A DNA stretch of 63,276 nt, counting the filler, from Circinaria calcarea (Eukaryota), in NCBI GenBank assembly GCA_051942165.1. It is 18 parts of 18 records of this genome, joined end to end, with 100 filler letters (N's around TTAATTAATTAA, not from the genome) between each part and the next. Parts side by side here need not be neighbours in the genome. Positions count along the whole stretch, not along the records: positions 49,322 to 52,737 come from JAVECS010002847.1; positions 52,838 to 56,252 come from JAVECS010002848.1; positions 56,353 to 59,767 come from JAVECS010002849.1; positions 59,868 to 63,276 come from JAVECS010002850.1; 14 more parts are not named here. One strand, given 5' to 3'. Below the pieces are notes generated by a model. It was not told where the DNA came from. It did not search any database and saw only the letters and a program-made list of their open reading frames with translations. Made by a program: the position numbers and the translations under genes. This document shows positions 50,941-62,045 of this stretch, one piece after another; position 1 is the first letter of the stretch, and each line of letters opens with the position of its first letter.

Positions 50941-51191
50941 TGGTGGATATGGGATCTTTGTACGATGGTCGTTGAAATGACACGCTCCGCAGCACATTGC
51001 ATTGCCGGAATCTGTAATATCCCTGTGAACAGCTCCCCCATAACTATTCGCCTGCTTTCTATTCACCACCGAGTGTCAAAACGCACCTTATCACATATTG
51101 CTTTTTTGGGAATCGTCACTCGATTTTGCTGGTAAACATGATTTATATACCGGAATTGATCCCCTGGAACCTCTCGTGACTCATAGCTGCG

Positions 51192-52241
51192 GTGGGGTAC
51201 CTCCTCTTGACTACTACAAATAAAAGTGATCTATTTACCTTGACATTTCCTTACATTTGGTCACTACTCACTTTTATCCCTCAAAATTGGTGCCGAGCCG
51301 AAACTCGAAAAAGTATCGGCTCTTCAGATCACATCCGCAACGCATTTATTCCGACGTCTATCCTTGGTTTCTTCTTGGAGTGGTACCTGCATATCGTGGA
51401 TCACTCGGAAACGAACTCCTCACCGGCACCGCACCTCCTCACCCTTCCCCCCGAACTCCGCCTCCAAATCTGGTCCGCCGTCCTAACGCTTTCATTCCAG
51501 CCTGTCCGCCTTACCAACACGCCCAAATCCTCCCCAGCAGCCCCACACTCCTGCCTCTCGCTCCTCCTGGTAAGCCGCCTTGTCTGTACGGAAGCTACAC
51601 CCCTCTTCTACAGCTGCAACCATCTTTATCTTGAGCCTGGCAAACGCAACTCCTGTGCGTGCGGCGGCCGGGAAAATATGGCTCCGCCGCTGCAAGATCC
51701 CCATCCATACGCTCACATGGCCGACTCTTTGGATGCTTGCCGCTTTGGATTCAAATGCAAGTTCACCGAACCCATCCAACCCCTCCTCGCCTTCCTCACC
51801 TCTCTTTCCCCCGTCCGCCTTTCCTCCATCCGGACCCTTACGCTCGAAATCGACCCTACCGCCAGACGCACCCGCCCCAGCCTCCCCTGCGCATTCCGCA
51901 AGCTCGTCACTCACTGCCCCCACCTGCGCACCTTCTACCTCGTATTCGATGCAATAAACCCAGGGGTGGACTGCGCAAGGGTAAAAGGGATAGAAGAGCT
52001 GATGCAGCTGAGGGGATTGGAGGAGTGCGGGGTGCGGGGGAGGTTTCGGTGGGAGACGGTGAGGGATGTGGTCAGGAGGAGGAGCGGCGAGACGAACGGG
52101 GATATCATGAAGAAGTTGGTGAGGGAAAAGGGTGTGGGGGAGGTGGTGTGGGAGGAGGAGGAGAGTGTGATGTGGGAATTTCGGGGCGTTTTGGCGGATG
52201 GGCTGCGAGCGGCTTGGAGGAGACCCAGGGTGGAAGAGTAG
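51192..52241 (+). CDS. F-box-like hypothetical protein (start uncertain)
   Basis: HLLTLPPELRLQIWSAVL...LSLLLVSRLVCTEATPLFYSCN...FLTSLSPVRLSSIRTLTL...LMQLRGL, the pattern of a common fungal F-box-like family. Confidence 0.72.
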   Translation: MGYLLLTTTNKSDLFTLTFPYIWSLLTFIPQNWCRAETRKSIGSSDHIRNAFIPTSILGFFLEWYLHIVDHSETNSSPAPHLLTLPPELRLQIWSAVLTLSFQPVRLTNTPKSSPAAPHSCLSLLLVSRLVCTEATPLFYSCNHLYLEPGKRNSCACGGRENMAPPLQDPHPYAHMADSLDACRFGFKCKFTEPIQPLLAFLTSLSPVRLSSIRTLTLEIDPTARRTRPSLPCAFRKLVTHCPHLRTFYLVFDAINPGVDCARVKGIEELMQLRGLEECGVRGRFRWETVRDVVRRRSGETNGDIMKKLVREKGVGEVVWEEEESVMWEFRGVLADGLRAAWRRPRVEE

Positions 52242-54252
52242 CAGGATATAGGCAGAACTATCTCGATTTCCTGAACCCTACCCACCTCAAACCTGGTCGT
52301 CATCAATCCACCCTCTCACTTACTAACCCAACCCATCCCATCCCCGAACCCTCAAATATCAAACCAGCCCCTAGGTTCTAGGCCCCACCAACTTAAATCC
52401 TCAACTTCCAACTCTCTCATCTTCTCCTACTCCCCACTATTACTCTATCCCATGCTATTACGTTTCGTAAAAGAACTCTACTCCCAACTCCTCCATCCTC
52501 ACTCACGCCTCACACCTCACGCGTCGATTTCAGCCGTTCACATAAATATCCAGGAGAGGAAGAGAAACAAAGCCAGGAAAAAAGAAGAAAAGAACAGAGA
52601 AGAATAGATAGATTGCTAGTAACATTTTTTTAATTTTTTTTAAAAAAAGAAAGAAAAAACAAGAAGAATAATTATTTAAGAATTTAGAAAACAACTGGAT
52701 ATGATGAGGCGGGTGTCCGTGATAAGAAAAATATGGGNNNNNNNNNNNNNNNNNNNNNNNNNNNNNNNNNNNNNNNNNNNNTTAATTAATTAANNNNNNN
52801 NNNNNNNNNNNNNNNNNNNNNNNNNNNNNNNNNNNNNGTAGTTGCTGCGCGTGAACACGACTTGTCAAATCCACCGGGCGCAGATTGGCGGCAAAAGCTG
52901 GAGCCAAGCAGATTCGTGACTGTGGAGTGGTGTAAACTCTCGAGGTCGAGGTCGATGTAGTGTTAGGGCCGGTACGAACCACCGAAGTGCTAAAAAACAC
53001 TGCCACCCACATCTATGGCTTCCCAAGGGAAAGGTTTCGATCAAATCATCAATCGCGCAAGGGACTTGGTCTCGCAGATTTCGAACGTCTTTGCATAATC
53101 ATCAACCTACGCTTTCCAGACGTTCGCCGACTCACCATAGGCACGCTTAACAACCTCCGCTTCGCTCGAAAGAATTCATCGGTCGGGCGCATCAGGACGG
53201 GACAAGACTAGAAAATATGTCGACCTCTTAACTCTCGATTAATAATGCTGCACCGCTGAGATAGATGTTGCATCTTCGAACGCTACTTGTATGAGGGCGC
53301 TCTCGTCATCGATCCGCGGCGTCTTTGTCATCAAAGCCCACACACACGATAATCGAGCGGGCGTGTGGGTGGCGGACAACCCTCGAGACATCCTGCATGT
53401 TGATGATCTACCATTGGTGTAAACACTGCTGTGGTGTGCCTGCCTCATGCTTCTTCTCCTGCATTAATGCGCTATTCCAGTGTGGCCATCCTCTGCAGAT
53501 GCAACTGCTCATTCTGTGGATCGTCGCGGGGGGAAGTACAACTTGCATCCGGACAGCTCTCGCAATCGGTAGCGAGTTGAGGTCTGATCATGTAGCGTCG
53601 TTGAACGCCGGAAGGATCTATTATAAGCATTGAGAAATTGAAGTATATATGCCGCATTTGCCTTGGTCTGTTATCGGACACACATTGTGCAAGATGCAAG
53701 CGACATATCCAGCCACTGGCTTGAGTTGATCAGTTTCTCATCTGGTGGCGCGCAAATGGTCAGCCTACCATAATCGTAGGTACATAGTTACGACAACCCA
53801 ACCGGGCGGGATTCCAGATTCGACGTACCCCACCAAAAATGTCTTCCTTTCCACATCGGTTGTGGATTAAAATCACAATTTTAAATATGCGGCTTTTGAT
53901 GAACTGGGTCCTACGCTCTAAGAATTTAGTATTGGGATGGAGACGTTCTGCATCGCCGGTCCAACCGCAACTGTAAACCTCACTCCGGGCATAGTGGGAT
54001 AATTCAAAGATTCACCATATACCAAGTCCACCTGACAGATCTTATAGGTATCTGATGTGAAGCTGATCATGTTCGGACAACCTAGCGTCATTACTCTAAG
54101 ATCGATTGAAGGGTTTGGACGGAACGTTAGAACCCGTTGCTTGGTGGCATGAAATCCCGTGTATCCGAGTGCTCCGTAAGGCCGCAAGCAGCAATGATAT
54201 GATGCATAGGGGATCGATGATACTGCCCAGAGCCTGCGCAATAGTAAGTTGA

Positions 54253-55431
54253 CTAACTGGGTTGCCAAAGCCAGCTACTGCTGTCGAAACGCGCTTCAAA
54301 GTCCACTTTCCCAAAAGTGCCAATAGCACCATAGAGGTCGTACTGGCCATCAAGTCCCAGAATCCCAAATTCAGTCTCGGCATCCAGTTCCTCGTGTAGG
54401 TCCCAACTGTTCTCCCTTGTACCATTTCTGGTGAAGAAGACCTCTCCCTTCAGAAGCATACCTTGAACGGGTGAAGCTCCGTAATCAGGTGGCGCGTCTG
54501 GAATAGTGAAGTTTATTCCTATGCCAACTGTATCACCCGCTTGGATTGGTGCGGTAAAGTCCTTTCCACCTTCAGTGTCATTCACATATCTCCTCCCATC
54601 ATCTGAGTGGACAGCTAAGCTCCCACGCTCCCATCCGGGCATGCGCCAGGTAGGATAAGGGACAGCGCAAAAGCCAATGGCTAATGAGCTTGCATCGTTA
54701 CCCCGACCGGGACCGAAAGAGACGACCTTAACTTCGAAATAGATGGTTTTGGCTGCCTCCGTGTGGAATGGTGAATCCACTGCCACGAAATATAGGGGCA
54801 ATGATGTTATAAGGCAGGAGTCTTTACTTCCAGCTCCGGTAGACCCATTCCAAACTCCTGTAGAGGTCGTTGAGAGACTTCCGACGTATTCACGTGGCCG
54901 CACTAATGCTATGTCTCCATTCTTAACCCTTGCAGCCTCGATGTTCGTCGGTCGATGTGGCTTTATGAGTTGATTCGCTTCACACCATCGATGTGCTCGA
55001 ATGGCATCAGTGAGACTGGCATTGCCGGTCGGGCTCGCTTTATGTTCTAAAGTTGGAGGTGGTGGAAGAAGTGCGGTGTCAGGGATCGAAGTCCAGTCAT
55101 GGTATGGAGCCGGCTCCTCCACAGTCTTTCTATGTGACGGTGGAGGCCCAGGAGGCGGTGCATAGTCTACCTGGTCGTTGTAAGTGCTCCCAGAAGAAGT
55201 ATCGCGACTTGTGTAAGAAGGCGGGGCACCAATTGGTGGAGCGAAATTGGCGCTATTGTCGTACGTTGTATTCGAAGAGTCTGAAGGCCCCTGATACGAG
55301 GGCGGAGGACCTGGAGGGGGAGCGTATGCCGGATCCAGCTCATGATATCTGCGCTGGTATTTAGGTTTAGATGCAGACGGACCTCCTACCGTATCAGGAT
55401 GATCGCCTTTGAGAGATCGGAAGAAGCCCAT
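54253..55431 (-). CDS. SPRY/B30.2-domain protein (Ssh4/Ear1-like domain) with PPxY motifs
   Basis: YFEVKV...LAIGF...PYPTWRMPGWERGSLAVHSDDGRRY...GDTVGIG...VFFTRNG...LYGAIG. The Pro-rich N-terminus has two PPSY motifs. Confidence 0.9.
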   Translation of the reverse strand: MGFFRSLKGDHPDTVGGPSASKPKYQRRYHELDPAYAPPPGPPPSYQGPSDSSNTTYDNSANFAPPIGAPPSYTSRDTSSGSTYNDQVDYAPPPGPPPSHRKTVEEPAPYHDWTSIPDTALLPPPPTLEHKASPTGNASLTDAIRAHRWCEANQLIKPHRPTNIEAARVKNGDIALVRPREYVGSLSTTSTGVWNGSTGAGSKDSCLITSLPLYFVAVDSPFHTEAAKTIYFEVKVVSFGPGRGNDASSLAIGFCAVPYPTWRMPGWERGSLAVHSDDGRRYVNDTEGGKDFTAPIQAGDTVGIGINFTIPDAPPDYGASPVQGMLLKGEVFFTRNGTRENSWDLHEELDAETEFGILGLDGQYDLYGAIGTFGKVDFEARFDSSSWLWQPS

Positions 55432-55879
55432 CGTCGCTGATAGCTCCCAAGTTGTAAGAGTAGAAAGGCTATCGGGGTGGGTGGAGAAGTTGTCAATGCT
55501 GGATCAGTGCCAAGCATGGCCAATCTTTGAGGTCCAAGTAAAGAAGGTCATTGACCGCTACTTAAAGGCCGATCGTCGATTACGTCATAGGGCTCGACAG
55601 CTGACGGAAGCGCTAAACTTTATCTCAAATGCAAAATGCCCCATGCAAAATGCCCCATGCAAAACCAGGGGCCGAAGTTCTCATGCCCATTGGAGTGGAC
55701 TTTACCAAATAACTATTGATGGGCCAAGATACATTCCACTGAATAAAGTATGGCTCTGGGTTGACCAGCTGACTAGGAGGTGGTTATGGGGTATCCGCAT
55801 GCTCTTTAAATGGATCATGGAGAACTCCGAATTTCTAGTTGATAAAGCTCATATACATTGTCATCCAAATATTCAAAGC

Positions 55880-56252
55880 TCATTCCAGTAGCAAACTCTC
55901 GCCGCTCTTGAGATCTGCAAATCTTATGCTGTCCATGCTGTCCATGCTCTCCGTCTCACCTGCTGACGTATGTGCGTCAAATTGTTTCTCCCTTTCTAAT
56001 GCATCTTGAACCGATAGGGTCTTACGCTGCAGCAGTCTTGCAATAATTCCTCCTGAGTGCTTAATCTCGTCGTGAGTACCGACCCAATACTTAGCCTGAC
56101 ATATTCTCTGAACCTTAAGACCATTGAAAGCCCCTAGATTCAGCACGGAAGTGAAAGCAAGCTTTATACCGTGTAAGCCATGCAGAAGCGCCAAGGTCTG
56201 GATAGGCGGTACCGCATTGGGCAGATCCTTGAGGTCGTCAGCGGCTACACCA
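55880..56252 (-). CDS. Conserved fungal protein, probable metallo-beta-lactamase-fold C-terminus (5'-partial)
   Basis: PPIQTLALLHGLH...LNLGAFNGLK...AKYWVGTHDE...GGII...LKSGESLLL. Confidence 0.6.
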
Positions 56253-56859
56253 NNNNNNNNNNNNNNNNNNNNNNNNNNNNNNNNNNNNNNNNNNNNTTAA
56301 TTAATTAANNNNNNNNNNNNNNNNNNNNNNNNNNNNNNNNNNNNNNNNNNNNGGAGTAGAAAAAAGGGGGAAGGGGGGATTTGGGTTAAAGAGGAGGAAA
56401 TGAGAAAGGATGATGTGGTGGGTATCTGTGATTTTGAAGACAACTGGATTTTCTTATATATTAAAGATACTAGGCACGAACTAATCTGGCAATGGCGGAA
56501 GCTGATTATATCTGTTGACTGTCTCATTGAAATAATACGCTAAGTCAGGGTAAGAAGTTTAAGGGGCTAGTGATAGCCGAGTACGTCGATGAGTCAAACA
56601 GAGTTACCTTTATATCGACTATTGGCTCACTAATTAGAGAAACTGTCTGTGGGAATCGGAGTTTGCGCTGGACTGGAGTCTTGTAATGATTTTGACATTT
56701 CATCGATTAATTGTCCAATCGTCTGGACGCTATCTACTAGACAGGGTAGTATTCTCGCTCATTACTACATTATGATACACATGGAAAAACGCCTCGTAAA
56801 GCACCTTGGGGTATCCGCCATGCCTCCTTGACGCTATGCAGAAAGCATGAATAGTCTGC

Positions 56860-58220
56860 CTAAAGAAAGTAATCGTTGCGGCGCCCAGAGGCAACAGGCA
56901 CTGCTCGCATTTCACTCGGAACTGCCGAGAAGATGTTGAACTTGGCAGCCAGGTCCTGCCCCAAGTTCATTATCGACGCGACGTTTCCACAACGATAGCA
57001 GTAGTTCGGTGCTGACCAGACCGTAACCACGGACTTATCTTTAAAGTGCCATTTGTAGCCTTCATTGACCAATTGATGCGCACGGGCAATCAACTGCAAG
57101 TTATTGACATGATTAAACTCCGTGGCAACTTTGTCTCCAAACAGCCAGCCAGCCCCTCTAGGACTTACAGCCCAAGTCTCCACATCTTCTGGATCGCTCC
57201 ATACCAAGTCGCAGAAAGCACCCTCATGAGGGATTTCTTGAGCGCGTGCAACTACACGGACTTGATCGAGAGTGCGGATTTCGGGACTGAGACCACCATG
57301 AACGCAAAGAACCTTTCCATCGACGAGAGCTGCGAGAGGAAGAAAATCGAATACCTGACAAGCAGCTTTCCAAACCGAAGCGTTCCCATACTTTTGCTGA
57401 CATTCTTCGTAGAACCCGTACACTTGAGTGATTTGGCGAGATTCATGATTGCCGCGGATGAGAGTCATACGATGTGGATATCTAGATTTACTCATATCAG
57501 CTTGCATAAGGTAGGAATAGAAGTGAGCTGCATACCTCGCCTTTAGGCATAATAACAAGCTCAACGTCTCCAAACTAAAATAACCACGGTCCACGAAATC
57601 CCCCATGAAGATGAAATTTTGGTTTCCAGGTAACCCCTGGTTGCCCTCCTTGCCAACGCCAAACTCCGGCTCAATATTACGTGAACGCCCACGCTCTTCC
57701 TCGCCATCGTCGTCGTCCATATCGCTGCTCGCAACACTATCATCGCTACTGATGCTATTGTTATCATGTATAGAGAGTTTTTTTAGTTTTCGTTTCAGTT
57801 TGGGGTCCGTAATCTTTGTGGGAGGCTCGATGTCATCGGAAGATATACCATGAGAAGGGATTTTAGGTCGGTCGAGGAGATCTTCTCCAGGCATACCACC
57901 AGCAACGCGTAAAAGTTCGAGCAGATCGTAGAACTGTCCATGGATATCACCGCAGATAGTAACAGGAGTGGAGACAGGTTGCGTATTCGATTCTGAGTAC
58001 ACAGAGAAGTCAGCTCCACGTACGGTGATGGCAAACGCTCCTAGCTCTAGGTATATGAATCACCTTCCATTAGTAGTTCCTTGCACATCTCGAAGAGCTG
58101 CTTCATGACCTTCTCTGGAAGATATTTATTCTGTTTCGCAGCCTCCAGCCACGAATCCAGTTCCGCATTCTTCGAAAGCTTCGCCGGACCGGGTTGGGGG
58201 ACTTTGGCGGAGTCTGCCAT
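56860..58220 (-). CDS. SIT4: PP6/SIT4-type Ser/Thr phosphatase catalytic subunit
   Basis: [15 protein letters not shown]...[53 protein letters not shown], and C-terminal DYFL. Introns at 58063-57993 and 57535-57482. Confidence 0.9.
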
Positions 58221-58697
58221 GATCCTCTGTCTGCAGGCGGTGCTTTGGTTGCAAAGTATTCGTCAAGTGCAACTTGGTCATCAATTGAAGCCGGTGCTCC
58301 AGTTGCAATGTATCCGTCAATGGCAGTCTGATCGTCAGTTGAAGTCTGAAGGCCGCCTACGTCTTTGAAACCAAGGCGAAGACTCGGGGTGCTTACAGAA
58401 ATAGGAGAGTCTTGATCAATACACACTTGTTGAAGGCGATTTACTTCCAATTGCGCCCGGATTATGGGGTTGTCGCGGAGGACCCTGCTCATGGTAGTGT
58501 TGAGGTGACACGTGCGGCGGGACGGATCGGAGCGGTGTGGTGGAACTTATTGCCGGATTAGCATGGTTAAGGCCTTAGTTAATGAGTACGGAGTACTCTA
58601 TATGTGATGATGTGGGTGCAGTGATTGTTGTAATCTACAGGAATCTTGTATCATGAAGTCACACTCTGTGTCTTTCAAATAACGACTAGGGCTAGTG

Positions 58698-59767
58698 ATG
58701 TCTACACGAGCACCACCTCGGTATGCGATTGCACGACCTAACGGTATACTGTCAGTACCTGCTACCACTACTCTTGGAACCTCGCGAACAGCTATACCAC
58801 GACTGAAGGTTGTTATTCGGAGATTGCCGCCTGGCTTAACGCAAGCAGAATTTGAAGAGGCTCTTGGTGAGGAATGGAAAGTCGGTGGGGATAGGGTAGA
58901 CTGGGCAGTTTACAAAATAGGGAAGCTCTCTACAGAGTAAGTCCCCCTCAAAATATAGACGGCGGGAAGTATAGATCTAATCCTATGTTTTCCTAGTCCT
59001 GTCAAACCTACAAGACCCGCTCGTGCATATTTACATCTGACGAAGCAAGAGTATCTAGGCGTGCTCTCTGAAAAAGTCCGGGAGACAAATTTTGTGGTTG
59101 CTAAAGCCTCTGTGGGTGACGTGGTCTTGCTTGGGCCACCGATTGTTGAGTTTGCCCCTTATGGACGTATTCCCAGCAACAAGGTTCGAAAAGATGCTCG
59201 TCAGGGTACCATAGATCAAGATCCGGAATTCATCGACTTCCTTGAGAGCCTCACAAACCCAACGATCAAAGCTGCACCATCGGAGCCAACAAACGATAGT
59301 GAAGTGAACAAGGCCGAAGTAATGGCAGTAACCCCACTAATTCAATATCTACGAGATAAGAAAGCAAACAAAGGCAAAGAGGTCGTTCTTCAAGCAAAAA
59401 TCACCAAACATGCACGTCCCGAATCGAAAGAAAGCAAAAATCCGCAAACTCCAGACAAGAAGACCTCTCCGAAAAGCCTAAAGGAATCTACTCCACCAGT
59501 TGATAAGCGAAGTGCATCGGCTATAAAGGTTGAGAAAGCTGCCCGGGATGCTGTGCGAGTTCTAAACAAACAAGCCATCACAGCTATCAAAAACCCTGCG
59601 GTGTCATCTGTTGCTCCGACTACCACAACTACATCCCTGCCGTCCTCAGCTGCTCCAGCTACCCCAGCTGCTCCAGTAGTTGACAGGAGACGCGAACGAG
59701 GTAATGCAAGTGCCGCTGCGAGAATACTACAACGTGATCTTGGTATCGGGATAAATCCTGCTTCGAG
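58698..59767 (+). CDS. UPF3: Nonsense-mediated decay factor Upf3/Smg-4 (3'-partial)
   Basis: RLKVVIRRLPPGLT, then after an intron at about 58937-58996 KPTRPARAYL...PPIVEFAPY...DARQGTIDQDPEFIDFLESL...TPLIQYLR. Confidence 0.9.
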
Positions 59768-59867
59768 NNNNNNNNNNNNNNNNNNNNNNNNNNNNNNNNN
59801 NNNNNNNNNNNTTAATTAATTAANNNNNNNNNNNNNNNNNNNNNNNNNNNNNNNNNNNNNNNNNNNN

Positions 59868-60715
59868 ATGCGACGGCCGGTGAATCGCTGTGTCAACTCA
59901 ATGGAGTCTTTCCCACACTTCTTTAACCGCTCGGGGATATAGTTGGATGCACATAGTGTACCGTTGAAGTAAACGTCGATTTTGACATCCAGAGTCGTGG
60001 GCCTTCCAGGAGGAGAGTGGAGTGGTGTAATGAACGAAGATTTGGAGAGAGCAACGGTAAGGCACAATGATCGAGGCTTTCCAGCATGTTGATTCACCGG
60101 CCCGTTCACGTTGAGCGGATGATCGCTTACTGCGCGAAGTACATCGTCATTCATTGGCGTGTCTCGAGTGACAACTTCCAATGTCTCCAGTCTTCTGTCC
60201 CGGAATCCGCTAGTTCTGGAGGCGTGTTCATCTCGAGTTCCATCGTCAACCACATTATTAATTTCGAGGCCAGGAATTGAGTGGGCAGCCAGGCTAATCT
60301 CATCCTCGGGAGCAACTTCAGTCGTGTTGTTCAATGGAGTTGAGCCAGAGACAGATCTTGTAACCATCAAAGAACGTCTCCGACGAACACTAGCTCCTGG
60401 AGCAGGCACGGCTGGCGCTTCGCGCTTGCCAGTCGGATTGTTGCTGCTCAAAGAGTCTTTCCCGGTCCGTATCATGAAGAATGGCATGTCCTTGCGTTTT
60501 CCAAGAAACCGTATATGACTACCAGATTCTTTGTCATCTATCGAAGTTTCCGACATCCCTCCTCCTTCGGCGCCTTTGGCAAACTCCGCCATGATATTCT
60601 GAAGATGATCGGCTGCTTCTTTACTAGAATGCCCCACAGGCTTTGCCGTCGTTGTGAGCGCATGATCGGCAGTGGAGAGTCGAATGGTGGTGGATCTTGC
60701 GTAGAAGGTAGGCAT
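59868..60715 (-). CDS. Hypothetical protein (3'-partial)
   Basis: Open frame of about 282 codons running to the contig edge, ending ...DVKIDVYFNGTLCAS...RFTGRR. Confidence 0.6.
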
Positions 60716-61182
60716 GATTGACAGTGATGGGCTTGGATCGAAGGTACCGCTCTTTCCGGCGTTCGTGAAGATGATGTATGGGTAAGAGTGCTTTCAATCA
60801 TTTAGGGTGTTTGGATGTGCAAAATTTTTCAAGGTGTCACGTCAAAGACGGTTGTCCGAAGCGAGAGTAGGGCATGTAGGGAGATTATGGAGGCGAAGAG
60901 TTTAGGAGATGTCAATCTGGCATCACGATTGATACATTATTCAAAGAATTACTTAAGAAATTTATACAACCGTGTGGTATGGCAACGCTCGGTCAATGGC
61001 AATGTTGAACCTGTAGTTTTGGCTTCTGTCCGCAATTGATAGGATCCAAAATGCGTGTCACGGAACCCCCGTCACGGAGTGCTTTCGGGCAGTTCATCAC
61101 GTGCTCAACAGTTATGTTTCCGGTAGCCACTCTTGCAAGATTACAGCTCTTGAAAATGTCGGCTGTTCCCCCTAAATAACGG

Positions 61183-62045
61183 TCATCCAAAGCCACTGTT
61201 TCCAGGAGCATCCAATGCATCTCCCAGGTCCACAATCGTCCTTTCGTACACCCGTGCAACTTCCATTTCCCAATTCTCGTCATCATTATCTTCATCGTCA
61301 TTCATTATGGTGTCATTATCGGTCGTTATGCCTCCCTCAGTATCTGTTTCGGTACCCGCTGCACTAGAAATGCCGAGCTCAGTTGTACCCTTCCCAGCCA
61401 TCTCAACCACAACAACTCTAGTCCTTGACACTAGGCCCCTCATCCTGACTTTCTCTGTTGTGCTTACTTTACCTCTGCCACCCTCAAACCCAGATAATAT
61501 ATCTCCGGTCTCCAGGTTCCGGCCCTGTAACAAGGAAGAGAATGCCAGATCCAGCTTTCGAAGCAACGAGAACGTAGGCCGTGGAGAGAATGGAAAAGAC
61601 CGTAGATAGGTGCTCACAGTAAGCGCAATGGTGAGCAAATAAGGTGTCTGTAACGATGCTACAAGGGCCAATTAGCAACAAGATTTTCACAACGACGAAG
61701 CTCCGTACGTGTTCCAGACACCCATACAATGTCCACGACCTTCTCCAAGTCCTTTGCGACCTCTCCAAACCCCCTGTACCCTTTTCCCTCTACCATTTGG
61801 TCATGACCATCCACATCCTGTTGAGATCTCTTTTCATACCGGCGAGAGATGCCTAGTAGCTTTCGATCGACATAATCAATGAAGCTACTTTCTTTGGAGC
61901 TGCCAGGTTTGAGGGGATGGGATCGCGTCTGGGGCAGGATATGTGTTGCAATTGAGGGTGATGCTATTGCGGACAGAGGTGGAGACGGTAACAGTGTAGG
62001 GTGGAGGAAGCCTCCGGGTTCTGGAGGTAGGGAAGCAGAGGTCAT
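61183..62045 (-). CDS. Probable TFIIH-associated Tfb6-like protein
   Basis: LPSPP...HPLKPGSSKE...YVDRKLL.ISRRYEKR...KDLEKVVDIVWVSGTP|SLQTPYLL...KLDLAFSSLL...STTEKVRMRGLV...VARVYERTIV. Intron at 61708-61659. The family assignment is from recall. Confidence 0.6.

Noticed and set aside
51492..52381. Several overlapping ORFs (143, 125, 240 and 123 aa)
   Set aside because: Shadow frames of the GC-rich F-box-like CDS at 51192-52241.
52838..53730. Cys-rich coding-like fragments
   Set aside because: The frames are short and broken and no family was recognised.
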